A stretch of DNA of 64,000 nucleotides from an uncultured Methanosarcinales archaeon (lineage in GTDB: Archaea; Nanobdellota; Nanobdellia; Woesearchaeales; GW2011-AR15): contig CAYMPC010000002.1 of NCBI GenBank assembly GCA_964392465.1, forward strand, positions 14,993 to 78,992. The letters are read 5' to 3'. A program made the translations under genes and the position numbers. Positions 28,701 through 38,739 of this stretch are shown here, one piece after another. The notes beneath the pieces were generated by a model. That model was not told the DNA's origin and searched no databases. It saw nothing but the letters and a program-made list of their open reading frames with translations. The number at the start of each line of letters is the position of its first letter. Position 1 is the stretch's first letter.

Positions 28701-31700
28701 ACAAATATAACCGGAAGTTTTGATTTAACTGATTATATAACTCTTGATGGAGGGCCAAATACATCTTACTTATCAGTATTTACTCTCTCTAGTATTCCCA
28801 ATGGAACAACTTTTATTTGGAATTGTTTGGTATATGATAATAGTACATTAGGACAATTTGCATGGGCTTCAGCTAATAGAACAGTAAGTATAAAAGAAAA
28901 TCCAATTCCTTTAGTATATCTTTTCTCTCCAGAAGATGAAACAACACAAACAGAGACAACAATTAATTTCAATTGCTCTGCAACAGATGATGAAGATATA
29001 AGTAGTCTAGCATTATATAGCAATAGAACAGGAAGCTTTGGGCTTGAGCAGGTAGTTACATTTACAGGAAATTCTGATACAAATGTTAATTATATTTTTA
29101 CGCAGAGTGGATTTTCAGATACTAAAGGATATGTGTGGAATTGTAAAGCAATAGATAATGAATCTAATGAAGTCTTTTATTATACTAATTATAGTTTTAA
29201 TGTTGTTCTTGGGGCGCCAAATGTAACCTTAAATACACCTGCAGACGAATCATACGATTTAGATGGAAATGTTGCATTAGATTGTTCAGCAGTTGATGAT
29301 CAGGATATTGTATCTATCAGCTTGTATCATGATTTATCAGGAACAATGGCATTAAATCAGACAGTTTATTTTCCAGGAACTTCAGATACAAGTGCAACAG
29401 TATTATTTAATTTGACAGGCCTTTCTTATGGAACTAGATTTAAATGGACATGCAGTGCAGAAGACAACAGCTCTTTAGTTTCTTATGCAGCAGAAAACAG
29501 ATCTCTTAAAATAGTGAACCTATATAATCTTTTTGCTGAAAAAGGAGAAGGAACATGGACTTCTCCTTCAAATGCAGCGGGAAAGCCTGATGAAGTTACT
29601 GCAAATGAGTTGCTTAATACAGAATATATTCTTAGAGTATACAATTTTTCAGGGGTTCCAACACAAGGGACTTTGCTTGAAACATATTTCAGCCTTTCAT
29701 GGTATACTGCTTCCACAGGTGGAAATGATCTTTTAAGATTATCCTATTCTACTACAAATTCAACTTATTATAACTTAACAGGAATAATATATGACAAAGA
29801 TACTGCCAAATATGCAAACAAGGTTTCTTCTTTAACAAACCAATCTTATCAAATAACAGGTACATTGACAACAGCAGATTTATCTTCTTTATATTTAAGA
29901 GTAGAAGGTGATCAAGTAACAAGTCCAGATTATAATACAGCCTATATTGATTCCATCTTTTTGTCTATCATGTTTGATTATTTGCCTTCACCTTATGCAA
30001 TAACAAAAACACCTTCAGCAGTTTATCAAAATACTTATGTTGATTTTTATTCAAACTGGACAGATGACTTTTATTTAGGATGTTATATTTTTAGTATTAA
30101 TCAGACAGGCGTATGGCAGAATTCTTCATGCATTCCATTCTTACCAGGAGCATGGGATGAAAGAGCAAATTATTCAATGCAGATTACAGCATTGCCAGGA
30201 ACAAATGTGCAATGGAGATTCTATGCAAATGATTCAAGAAGCCAGTGGAACAGCACAACAATACAGTCTTTTGTTGTGGTGGATCCAAATGATATTATAA
30301 AACCAACAATATCAAATGAGCAAGTGCAGCCCTTAACAAATTCATCAGGAAGCATATTTAATATTAGCGCTATTATCACAGATAATTATCAAGTTGATAG
30401 GGCATATGTAGAGTTAACAAACCCAAACGGACAAACAACAAATTATTCAATGTCTAGTAATGGAGATTTATATTATTACTATTATCAAGGATGGATTGGC
30501 GGAAATTATTCTTTCAGGATAATTGCTTTTGATAGTGTTAATAATAGCAATTATTCAAGTACTTATCCTATATTTAATGTTACCCCGGTTATTACGACAA
30601 ACTATATTTATTATGAAAGAGGAGATATTGTTCCAATAATAGGGAAAGGTTATTCTTCATTAAATAATGTAACTTTGAATATATTTAGAGCAAATGGAAC
30701 ATTAATGTCAGGATATCCTATAAATATTTCAAGCAATTTAACAGGTGGTTTTTTAACTTCTTGGCTAATTCCAAGTTCTTTAGCTGAAAAACTTGATAAT
30801 TATACAATTGAAGGTAATGATACTTACAGAAACTATTTAAAAAATTCAACAGAGATTGTTGTTGTAGTAAAATCAGATGATAGCAATAAATATGATAATA
30901 ACTATCCAACTGGAACAAGTGTATTAACACAATTAAATCAATCCGATGATATAACAACAACAATAGTCTCAAGAGGAACTGTAGCATATATAGATTTAAT
31001 TTATCAGGATTTGATTTTATATGGATATACATTAGATGATTTAATATTATATGTTGAACATGAGGACTATGATACAACAAGCGATCCTCTTGTTGTTCAG
31101 TATTATGATGGAACAACATACCAAACAGCGACTTGTGGAAATATTCCCTTTAGTTCAACTAATCTCCTAGGAGCATGTAACCTTACTCCTGATTTGGCAG
31201 CCATACCTGATAAAAATGATATTAGGATAAGATTGACAGATAATAATGCAGGAGTTTCTGGGAGTGATTTTTCTAAAATAGATATAGCTTACTTAGATAT
31301 TGAATTCAGTATTTCAAATACACTTTCTGTTGATATACTTGAACCTACAAATGAATTAACCTTAGTTGATTATACAGATTCAGTTTACAATAAAGCGTAT
31401 GGAGGGAGTACAGCAGATATAGTAACTAACACTCAGATGATGGGAACAGAATCATCTGATTATACTAAGTTGGAATCAAGTGATAATACAAGATGGCAGT
31501 CAACTGCAACAACAAGCGGCCATCATGTTTACCAAAGCTTTTACATGTATACAAACATCCCTGAATCAGACATTACAAGCATAGATGTGACATGGGAAGG
31601 ATATATGACAAAAAACGGAGTAAATGCAGAAGACATAAGGATTTTTGCTTGGGATTATACAGCAGGCGAATATGTTGATTTAAATGGAGAGGTAGCAATA

Positions 31701-34700
31701 ACAGGATCTACAGTTGATCAGACACTTGCTTTTACTTTGCCTGGAATAGTGGATGATTATATAAACAGCACAGGATATTTAAATATTTTAGTACAGAGCG
31801 CAACAGACCTTCAGGGAGCGCCTCAAGTTAGACTTGACTCATTTACAGACTATATTAAACTAGATATATATTCAATTAAAACTATTTCTGGCTATCAGGA
31901 TATAAACATTAGCGCAGTAGATGGCGATGGTGTTCAAAGCTGTACTATTAATTTCATAAATTCAAGCAACTTTAAGTATAATGATATTTATACAAATAAA
32001 CTTTCTGATTTCTTTTTTTACAATTTAACAGATACTTCTGATTATTCAGATGGCATATACAACCTTACTGCAAATTGTACAGATGGCACAGAAATAAAAT
32101 ATGACTCTGTTTTAGTTAGAATCTACAATGTTGCTCCCTTAGTTGAATTGATGTATCCTTATGAGGGATTGAATTTTACAATAAACAATATTAATTTTAC
32201 ATGGAATGCAAGCCAGGAAACAGGAAATCCAACATGTAACCTTTACATAGATAATAAATTAAATGTTTCAGGGATAGTATCAACAAATAAACAAAACACA
32301 ACCCAAATAGTATATAACCTACCAGATGGCAATCATAACTGGTCAGTTTCTTGTACAAATCTTGCAGGAGTCGTAGGATATTCTGAAATGAGGAATTTTA
32401 CAGTAGATACTTTAGCGCCAGTTATAACTTTAAATTATCCTATAGAGAGCCAGAATATAAGCACACCTAATATAACTTTTAACTATACTCCTATTGATAC
32501 AAACATTTTGAACTGTTCTATTTATATTAACGGAATCTACAATAATTCAAACACTTCTGTAATACCAAACAGACAAACCTCATTTTACGTTACTAATCTG
32601 TTAGCAGGCAAATACAACTGGACAGTATATTGTACAGATAGATATAGTCAGACAGGGCAAAGTACTGTAAATAATTTTACAATTGATTTAGATAATCCAA
32701 GAATTATATTGACACTTCCAATACCAGGCCAATTATTTTTAGGAGGCTTAGTGCAATTTAATTATACTGCCTATGATGATATAGACCTTTATTTATCATG
32801 TAATATTATGGTAAACAATTTTAATGAGTTTACAGGATTATCATCTCCAAATGCTACACCTGTTGTTCAAAGTAAAGAAATAAATTCAGGATTAAAATAT
32901 TGGAATGTTACATGTACAGATGATTCAGGAAGACAGAACACAAGTGAAACATGGAACTTTACTGTTAGCGGACCTCCTACAGTTACGCCTATCTATCCAG
33001 CTAATATGACTTCTTTGAATGAAGAAAACATAACTTTTATCTATTTTGCAGATGACACAGATGGAATAAAAAATTGTTCTTTATACTTAAATAATCAATG
33101 GAATCAGACAAATGTTACTATCTACACAGGAGAATACAATAATTTTACCATAAATACTATGGCTGAGACTTATTATAACTGGTCTATGCAATGTTATGAT
33201 AATTTGTCTGTAAGTACAACCTCTGGATTATATAAATTCACTTTAGATAGAACCCCCCCAATAGTCTATATGTATGCTCCTTATGAAGGAAGCTTTTATG
33301 AAGATGGAGATTTAACTTTTAATTTTAGTGTAATAGATAACTTAGACTCTTCTTTGACATGTACAATATTTATAGATGATATAGCAAGAACAGCATCAAA
33401 CACAGACTTTGCAGCACAAAATGGAACGATACAAACAAGAATAGAAATAGATATTCCTGGAGGAGATCATTATTGGTATGCAGCCTGTACAGATGATTCA
33501 GGCCTTAGCTATTATGCAGATGCTGTTAATTTTCAAATAGGAGGATTACCAACAGTAACACCTATCTCACCAGGAGACAACACATATCACATTGGAAATG
33601 TTAGTTTTGTTTATTTTGCTTATGATAGTGATAATATACAAGAATGTTCTCTTTACATAAATGGTGAATATAATAGGACAAATACAACAATCTTCAACAA
33701 TGACTATAACAATTTCAGTTTATATAATCTAGAAGAACAATATTTAAACTGGTCTGTAAATTGCACAGACACCTTAGGATTATCAACAATGTCTTTAGTA
33801 TATTGGCTTACTATAGATAATACGCCTCCTATAGTAACTCTTGTCTCTCCAAATGGAACAAGTTCAACAAGCACAACACAGATTTTCAATTTTTCAATAA
33901 TTGAAAACACAATGAGCAGCTTGACATGTGATATTTTTGTTAATGGTACAAATGTAGATCCAGGATTTACTGCAACAAATGGATCAAACACAAGAACAGT
34001 TCCAGGATTAAACTATGGCACAAGTTTCTGGAATGTTACATGTACAGATGGAGCATTGCTTTTAGGAGTAAGTCAAACATATAATTTTACAATTACAGAA
34101 ACACCAATTATAACTCTTTTAAATCCACCAGATGATTCGGTTGATATAGACGGAAATGTTATTTTCAGATTTCAAGTAGATAATAATAATATCTTAAATT
34201 GTAGTCTTTATCTCAATGGTCAACTAAATAATTCTATTTATCCTCCTGATATTATTCCTTATGGTGAATCTATTATACAAGTAAATGGTTTGCAAGAGCA
34301 ACTTCTTAACTGGACAGTTGGATGCATAAACGATGATTATATAGAAGCAAATGCGACAAACGGTCCCTGGAGATTGCATGTCGACTGGAATTCACCTAAT
34401 GTCAGTTTAAATAATCCTGTTAATTCTGCAAATATTAGTCTTAGCACAATAACATTTAATTTTACTGCTTTTGATAATGTAGATGATGTTTTATTATGTA
34501 ATTTAACAATAAATGGAACTATAAACCAGACAAACATATCCTCTCAGAATGGGCAACCAACAACAACAACAGTAACAGGATTTGGTCCTGGAATATATTT
34601 CTGGAATGTAACGTGTACAGATGGTTATTTTGCAAATACGTCAGAAACATATTACTTTAATGTTAGTGCTATTCCTACAATTGAACTTGTTTCTCCTGAA

Positions 34701-37700
34701 CCAGATTACAAAGATAGAGACGGGGATATAATTTTTACCTATATCCCAAGTACAATTGACGAACTTGGCTTCCTTCAATGTAGATTGTATATAGATGATC
34801 TCTTATATAATTTAAACTCCTCTCTAACAGCAGAAGATAATGGGATAGAGCTTTCTTTTACAAACACATCTATTCCAGAAGGAGATCATACATGGAAAAT
34901 AAATTGTACTGATTTTGGAGGATATACAGGAAATTCAGAATATAGGAATTTCACAGTAGATTTGGTAGATCCAACAGTATATCTCACTTATCCAAATAAT
35001 ATAATCTTAAACAGTTCATTTAATTTTAACTTTACTGCAATAGATAATGTTGCATTGAATTTAGTATGTCTTCTGACAAACAATAATACAGAATATACAG
35101 GTATAACTGCAATAAATAACACACCGTATCTTTATCCGATCTCAGGATTGACAGACGGTTTATTTTATTGGAATGTAACATGTAATGATACTGCAGGGAG
35201 AACAAACACAAGTTTAACATATAATTACACAGTAGCTGAAAAACCAACAGTTTCTTTAATATCTCCTATAAATCATAATAGAACAACACAAACAGACTTT
35301 AATTTTACATATATCCCAAATGATAATTCAGGAGTTTTACAAAATTGTAGTTTAATAATTAATGGAAATCAAAACACAACAAATTATACTATTTATCCAA
35401 ATAATCAAAACAATTTTAGTGCTAGTAATTTCATTGATGGAGAATACAATTGGACAATAGAGTGTTATGATCCCTCAGGAAATAAAGGCAATTATACTCC
35501 CGCATATCAGTTAATAGTTGACTTAATGGGTCCAAATATTTCAATGATTTTCCCAACAGAAGGCGGAACTTATAATTTTGAGGATATAAATTTTACTTGG
35601 GTTGCCACAGATACATGGGCAACAAATCTAATGTGCAATATAACCTTAGATGGAAAACTAAATACAACAAACATAACTACACTATCCGGACAAATTACTA
35701 ATTATACAATTTATAATTTGCCCCAGGGAGAGCATAACTGGACCTTGGACTGTTGGGATGATTTAAATAATCCTTCAACAAGCGATACAATAAATTTCAC
35801 AGTAAATGCACCAGACTTGACTTTAAATGCTTCACATATAATATTTAATAACACTAACCCAGATGAAAACGAAACAATTACCATTAATGCAACTATTTAT
35901 AATATTGGAGGAGCAACAGCTTATAATGTTCCTGTAGAATTTTGGGATGGGATTCCAGAGGAAGGAGGATCAAGGATTAATGGGATACAGACAATTTCTA
36001 GTTTAATTGCTTCAGCATCCACAACAGTCAATGTTAGCTGGAATATTAGTTTAGGCATGCATAATATTTATGTTATAATTAATTATACAGGAGTTGAATT
36101 AAACAAATCAAATAATAATGCAACAGTGAATGTTTCTGTTTTACATGCTTTAATAAATTCTCCTTTAAATGAAACCTGGACAAATGAGACACAAATAGAA
36201 TTTAATTTTACAATGTGGGATTATACAGATAATCTGATAAATTATAGCATTATAGTAGATGGCATACCAAACGGACAAACAGGGAATAGTACAAGCAGCA
36301 TTTCAAAGCTTCTTAATGTAACATTGATAGAAGGCATGCATTATGTTTCAGTAAGGGCGACAGATTATTTATCTAGGATAAAAGATAGTCCTGCTATCTT
36401 ACTTTATATTGATCAAACACCACCAAAAGGAAGATTTGAAACTCCAGATGAATGGTGGTTCAATGATGCTAGCCCAGAAATATTTTTTAATATTACAGAC
36501 AATTTAGCACAAATCTTAAACTATAGTTTATACGTAAATGAATCTTTAGAAAATAGCAGCACAATAATAAATGGAACTTCAAAAAGCATAAACCTTACAG
36601 ACAAAATTAACAGCACTTATATTTTGACACTAAACTCAACAGATCTTGCACTTAACAAAAATTCAACTTCAATTAGAATATATATTGATACAGTAGAACC
36701 AACTATTGAATTATTATACCCTGTTGATTTTGATTTCTTTACAACAAACACAACACAACTTAATTTTAGTGTAAATGATAATTTAGATCCTTATATTGGA
36801 TGTAATATTACTTTAGATAATCAGGTAAATCTTTCTTACATAAATGCATCAAGACAACAAACAATAAATACAACAATTTATAATTTAAATGAAGGAACAC
36901 ATTATTGGAATGTAACTTGTTGGGATGGCGGCCTAAGTAGCAATATCAATAATATTAACACGAGTGAGACAAGAAGCTTTAATGTATATATCCCTCCTAT
37001 TATTACTCTTATTAGTCCTGAAAATAATAATTGGACAAATATTGAAAATGTCACTTTCTTTTATACAGTAAGCGATACAACAGGAATAGAAAATTGCTCA
37101 TTGATTTTGAATAATGAAATAATAACAACAAACACAACAATTTTCAATAATGCATTAAATAATTTTACTGTTTTTGATATGTATGGGATATATAATTGGT
37201 CTATCCAATGTTATGATAATACCTCAATGAGAATGTATGCTAGAACAGAGAACAGGACATTATATGTAGATACAATAGCTCCAGAACCATACATAGAGAC
37301 ATTAGATAACACATGGTTCAATGTTCCAAATCCAACAATATATTATAACATAACAGATAATTTAGACTTGCAAATAAATTATACCTTTTATGCTAATGGA
37401 ACAGCCAATGTTAATGGCACAGTACAAAATTCAACATCATCAAGCAGACAGCTTTTTGGATTGGGAAACGGAACTTATATACTTGTCTTAGAAGCACTTG
37501 ACGATGCATATAATAGAAGAAATTCAACATCAATTAGCATTAATATTGACACAGTTGCACCAACTATAACTTTAATAAGTCCAGAACAAGCAAACAGCAC
37601 AATTGATACAAATATCTTTTTCAATTTTACAGCCAATGATAATTTGGCAAGTAGTCTTATTTGTAATTTAACTATAGATAATATTAATAGAGAAACTTTT

Positions 37701-38738
37701 AATGTTACTCCAAATAACTATAATACCACTACATTGAGTATGACAGCAGGAACACATTATTGGAATGTAACTTGTGTAGATTTTGCAGGTAATGTTAATA
37801 CAAGCGAGACAAGATATTTCATTATTCCTCTGCCAGATTTGAAGATTACTGCTTTAGATATTAATTTCAATAATAGCATTCCAGAGGAAAGGACAAATAT
37901 TACAATTAATGCAACAATATATAATATAGGCGAGACAAATGCATATAATGTAACAATACAGTTTTTTGATGGGCATTACAGTAATGGAACACAGATAAAC
38001 GGAAATCTTACTTATAATATAAGTTCAGGTTCAAACATTACTGTGAACTTATCTTGGTATGTGAACTCAACAGGCAATCATTATATTTATGTAGTAGTTG
38101 ATCCTCCAATAGAAACAAATGGTTCTATATTGGAATCAAATGAATCCAATAATTATGCTTATAAATTTATAATGATTGGAAGCTATAATGTTGTTTATGG
38201 TAATCTGTCTGGATTCTTGAATCTAAAGGATATCACTAATAGAACATTGTATCAATGGGACATTTCAGAATATAATGGTTCAAGGATATATGCAATTGAT
38301 TATGACAGTAATGTAGAGTGGCAGGAGCTTCAAGCAATTTCAATGGATATAAATGATGCTTATATCTCAAATGATTTCAGTGAAATAGATATAGCATTAA
38401 AAATGGAAAATAACACAGATTCCATAAATTCAACATGGACATTAAACAATAACCCAGTAGTTACAAAGGATTATATTATTTTTAAAGAAAAAATACAAAA
38501 TGTGCCTTTAACCAATTCGACAAATACTTCTAATTTTATGACAGGGATATTATGGGATAAATCAGATGGAAATAATCAGTATAATGGTAGTCAAGACTTA
38601 GTATTTTTTACAACAGTAAATGTAAACCAGACAGGTATCTATGGAAATTATGATTATGAACTTAAGATCCCTTCAAATCTACGATTTTACAAAGGATCAA
38701 ATACAATTACAGTTGCTCTATATACAGAGTTGAATTAA
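25794..38738 (+). CDS. giant surface glycoprotein (4314 aa) with more than 20 tandem Ig-like 'W-N-C' modules and two CARDB domains
   Basis: N-terminal signal/TM. Modules of about 95 aa carry a recurring x-W-N-C-x-x-D motif (for example YRWNCLGYD, FYWNVTCND, HYWNVTCWD). CARDB-like segments near nt 35806 (NAPDLTLNASH...NATIYNIGGATAYNVPVEFWDG) and 37831 (LPDLKITALD...NATIYNIGETNAYNVTIQFFDG). Very high N-x-S/T sequon density. Confidence 0.85.
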   Translation: MNQTIKKRITGIFSILLLLIIFGVSLFIIYASDTESAYISLNKKQLFLEEILEVSLTFPTLDNITVDLFTPTSVYRYPYPSSTFRYKVNDIGTYRINVYNNRVLVASETFYVIEDPIIDNDTGGFDELGKEDIIDFFSLSKPSYNLGEEVIIIFNENHFSKSFKLSINSENQNLNYMNDLTNPTKFIPRKRGEYEVLVYDEGALLENETFYVLDITKPNNQTSQEEPLVLNNTNNISANNDKEIKNISAETNQLNEYTDSTVFNLFSPEGINFQIKNSKGYYLYTNLILNSVETGIKNLKLTTLSYLNLSKGKYNVEVYPELAGIKTITFKELNYQGEFELGLEELSGVKVGKQVPKKAYAIDPSKLEFSTGSLEVEAKGDILFKCKEWNFTEQKCYGEWELIRTITPGEIYALEINSADPAYAEVGLASINTEKSLYYPGETAKLTIVALDNEGYLVSNAYVALEIKDPLGNSTFLTTLEGNITEMERGIYEAYYNINEIEGNYTLFVSVIGNNVNNTMYSYFSVLDYYEFDILRNTPVTTDPWQSPFITQINILDLIDNKSYYNFTEILPSSFTITNGSYSEIIQQENYTLLKWYNLSNRSYIEYTAQPPLITPELYTLRSFIEYNGSVFTEARPWYLAVDPIIYSQVCAGQDNANGQDTYSATGCDGSYPGACGAGGDLLSCDDDQSEIHTASNNDRWAGVRINSYNSSMNDCLSITKVELCYEWWRTVGYDVARIAVDRDDWASPTTISSTVPGTTANPGVTCIEITSSEAWTCSNFDGTGTAAQAVAQLQRDGTSTSPPTARTVYIDLLYFNLTYQGDNSPNVTLNTPAAYYYNNTNNPANITFNCSIKDDIRSQNISLYITNSANTSFSYNQSCDITTQNGSCVWSLLLSNGEYRWNCLGYDNRSQSDWGDANRSIVVAAAGVDDFPTVSLTSPVDYFNSTSTTVQLTCLAEDTTDLYNISLYTNITGSFDLTDYITLDGGPNTSYLSVFTLSSIPNGTTFIWNCLVYDNSTLGQFAWASANRTVSIKENPIPLVYLFSPEDETTQTETTINFNCSATDDEDISSLALYSNRTGSFGLEQVVTFTGNSDTNVNYIFTQSGFSDTKGYVWNCKAIDNESNEVFYYTNYSFNVVLGAPNVTLNTPADESYDLDGNVALDCSAVDDQDIVSISLYHDLSGTMALNQTVYFPGTSDTSATVLFNLTGLSYGTRFKWTCSAEDNSSLVSYAAENRSLKIVNLYNLFAEKGEGTWTSPSNAAGKPDEVTANELLNTEYILRVYNFSGVPTQGTLLETYFSLSWYTASTGGNDLLRLSYSTTNSTYYNLTGIIYDKDTAKYANKVSSLTNQSYQITGTLTTADLSSLYLRVEGDQVTSPDYNTAYIDSIFLSIMFDYLPSPYAITKTPSAVYQNTYVDFYSNWTDDFYLGCYIFSINQTGVWQNSSCIPFLPGAWDERANYSMQITALPGTNVQWRFYANDSRSQWNSTTIQSFVVVDPNDIIKPTISNEQVQPLTNSSGSIFNISAIITDNYQVDRAYVELTNPNGQTTNYSMSSNGDLYYYYYQGWIGGNYSFRIIAFDSVNNSNYSSTYPIFNVTPVITTNYIYYERGDIVPIIGKGYSSLNNVTLNIFRANGTLMSGYPINISSNLTGGFLTSWLIPSSLAEKLDNYTIEGNDTYRNYLKNSTEIVVVVKSDDSNKYDNNYPTGTSVLTQLNQSDDITTTIVSRGTVAYIDLIYQDLILYGYTLDDLILYVEHEDYDTTSDPLVVQYYDGTTYQTATCGNIPFSSTNLLGACNLTPDLAAIPDKNDIRIRLTDNNAGVSGSDFSKIDIAYLDIEFSISNTLSVDILEPTNELTLVDYTDSVYNKAYGGSTADIVTNTQMMGTESSDYTKLESSDNTRWQSTATTSGHHVYQSFYMYTNIPESDITSIDVTWEGYMTKNGVNAEDIRIFAWDYTAGEYVDLNGEVAITGSTVDQTLAFTLPGIVDDYINSTGYLNILVQSATDLQGAPQVRLDSFTDYIKLDIYSIKTISGYQDINISAVDGDGVQSCTINFINSSNFKYNDIYTNKLSDFFFYNLTDTSDYSDGIYNLTANCTDGTEIKYDSVLVRIYNVAPLVELMYPYEGLNFTINNINFTWNASQETGNPTCNLYIDNKLNVSGIVSTNKQNTTQIVYNLPDGNHNWSVSCTNLAGVVGYSEMRNFTVDTLAPVITLNYPIESQNISTPNITFNYTPIDTNILNCSIYINGIYNNSNTSVIPNRQTSFYVTNLLAGKYNWTVYCTDRYSQTGQSTVNNFTIDLDNPRIILTLPIPGQLFLGGLVQFNYTAYDDIDLYLSCNIMVNNFNEFTGLSSPNATPVVQSKEINSGLKYWNVTCTDDSGRQNTSETWNFTVSGPPTVTPIYPANMTSLNEENITFIYFADDTDGIKNCSLYLNNQWNQTNVTIYTGEYNNFTINTMAETYYNWSMQCYDNLSVSTTSGLYKFTLDRTPPIVYMYAPYEGSFYEDGDLTFNFSVIDNLDSSLTCTIFIDDIARTASNTDFAAQNGTIQTRIEIDIPGGDHYWYAACTDDSGLSYYADAVNFQIGGLPTVTPISPGDNTYHIGNVSFVYFAYDSDNIQECSLYINGEYNRTNTTIFNNDYNNFSLYNLEEQYLNWSVNCTDTLGLSTMSLVYWLTIDNTPPIVTLVSPNGTSSTSTTQIFNFSIIENTMSSLTCDIFVNGTNVDPGFTATNGSNTRTVPGLNYGTSFWNVTCTDGALLLGVSQTYNFTITETPIITLLNPPDDSVDIDGNVIFRFQVDNNNILNCSLYLNGQLNNSIYPPDIIPYGESIIQVNGLQEQLLNWTVGCINDDYIEANATNGPWRLHVDWNSPNVSLNNPVNSANISLSTITFNFTAFDNVDDVLLCNLTINGTINQTNISSQNGQPTTTTVTGFGPGIYFWNVTCTDGYFANTSETYYFNVSAIPTIELVSPEPDYKDRDGDIIFTYIPSTIDELGFLQCRLYIDDLLYNLNSSLTAEDNGIELSFTNTSIPEGDHTWKINCTDFGGYTGNSEYRNFTVDLVDPTVYLTYPNNIILNSSFNFNFTAIDNVALNLVCLLTNNNTEYTGITAINNTPYLYPISGLTDGLFYWNVTCNDTAGRTNTSLTYNYTVAEKPTVSLISPINHNRTTQTDFNFTYIPNDNSGVLQNCSLIINGNQNTTNYTIYPNNQNNFSASNFIDGEYNWTIECYDPSGNKGNYTPAYQLIVDLMGPNISMIFPTEGGTYNFEDINFTWVATDTWATNLMCNITLDGKLNTTNITTLSGQITNYTIYNLPQGEHNWTLDCWDDLNNPSTSDTINFTVNAPDLTLNASHIIFNNTNPDENETITINATIYNIGGATAYNVPVEFWDGIPEEGGSRINGIQTISSLIASASTTVNVSWNISLGMHNIYVIINYTGVELNKSNNNATVNVSVLHALINSPLNETWTNETQIEFNFTMWDYTDNLINYSIIVDGIPNGQTGNSTSSISKLLNVTLIEGMHYVSVRATDYLSRIKDSPAILLYIDQTPPKGRFETPDEWWFNDASPEIFFNITDNLAQILNYSLYVNESLENSSTIINGTSKSINLTDKINSTYILTLNSTDLALNKNSTSIRIYIDTVEPTIELLYPVDFDFFTTNTTQLNFSVNDNLDPYIGCNITLDNQVNLSYINASRQQTINTTIYNLNEGTHYWNVTCWDGGLSSNINNINTSETRSFNVYIPPIITLISPENNNWTNIENVTFFYTVSDTTGIENCSLILNNEIITTNTTIFNNALNNFTVFDMYGIYNWSIQCYDNTSMRMYARTENRTLYVDTIAPEPYIETLDNTWFNVPNPTIYYNITDNLDLQINYTFYANGTANVNGTVQNSTSSSRQLFGLGNGTYILVLEALDDAYNRRNSTSISINIDTVAPTITLISPEQANSTIDTNIFFNFTANDNLASSLICNLTIDNINRETFNVTPNNYNTTTLSMTAGTHYWNVTCVDFAGNVNTSETRYFIIPLPDLKITALDINFNNSIPEERTNITINATIYNIGETNAYNVTIQFFDGHYSNGTQINGNLTYNISSGSNITVNLSWYVNSTGNHYIYVVVDPPIETNGSILESNESNNYAYKFIMIGSYNVVYGNLSGFLNLKDITNRTLYQWDISEYNGSRIYAIDYDSNVEWQELQAISMDINDAYISNDFSEIDIALKMENNTDSINSTWTLNNNPVVTKDYIIFKEKIQNVPLTNSTNTSNFMTGILWDKSDGNNQYNGSQDLVFFTTVNVNQTGIYGNYDYELKIPSNLRFYKGSNTITVALYTELN

Positions 38739-38739
38739 A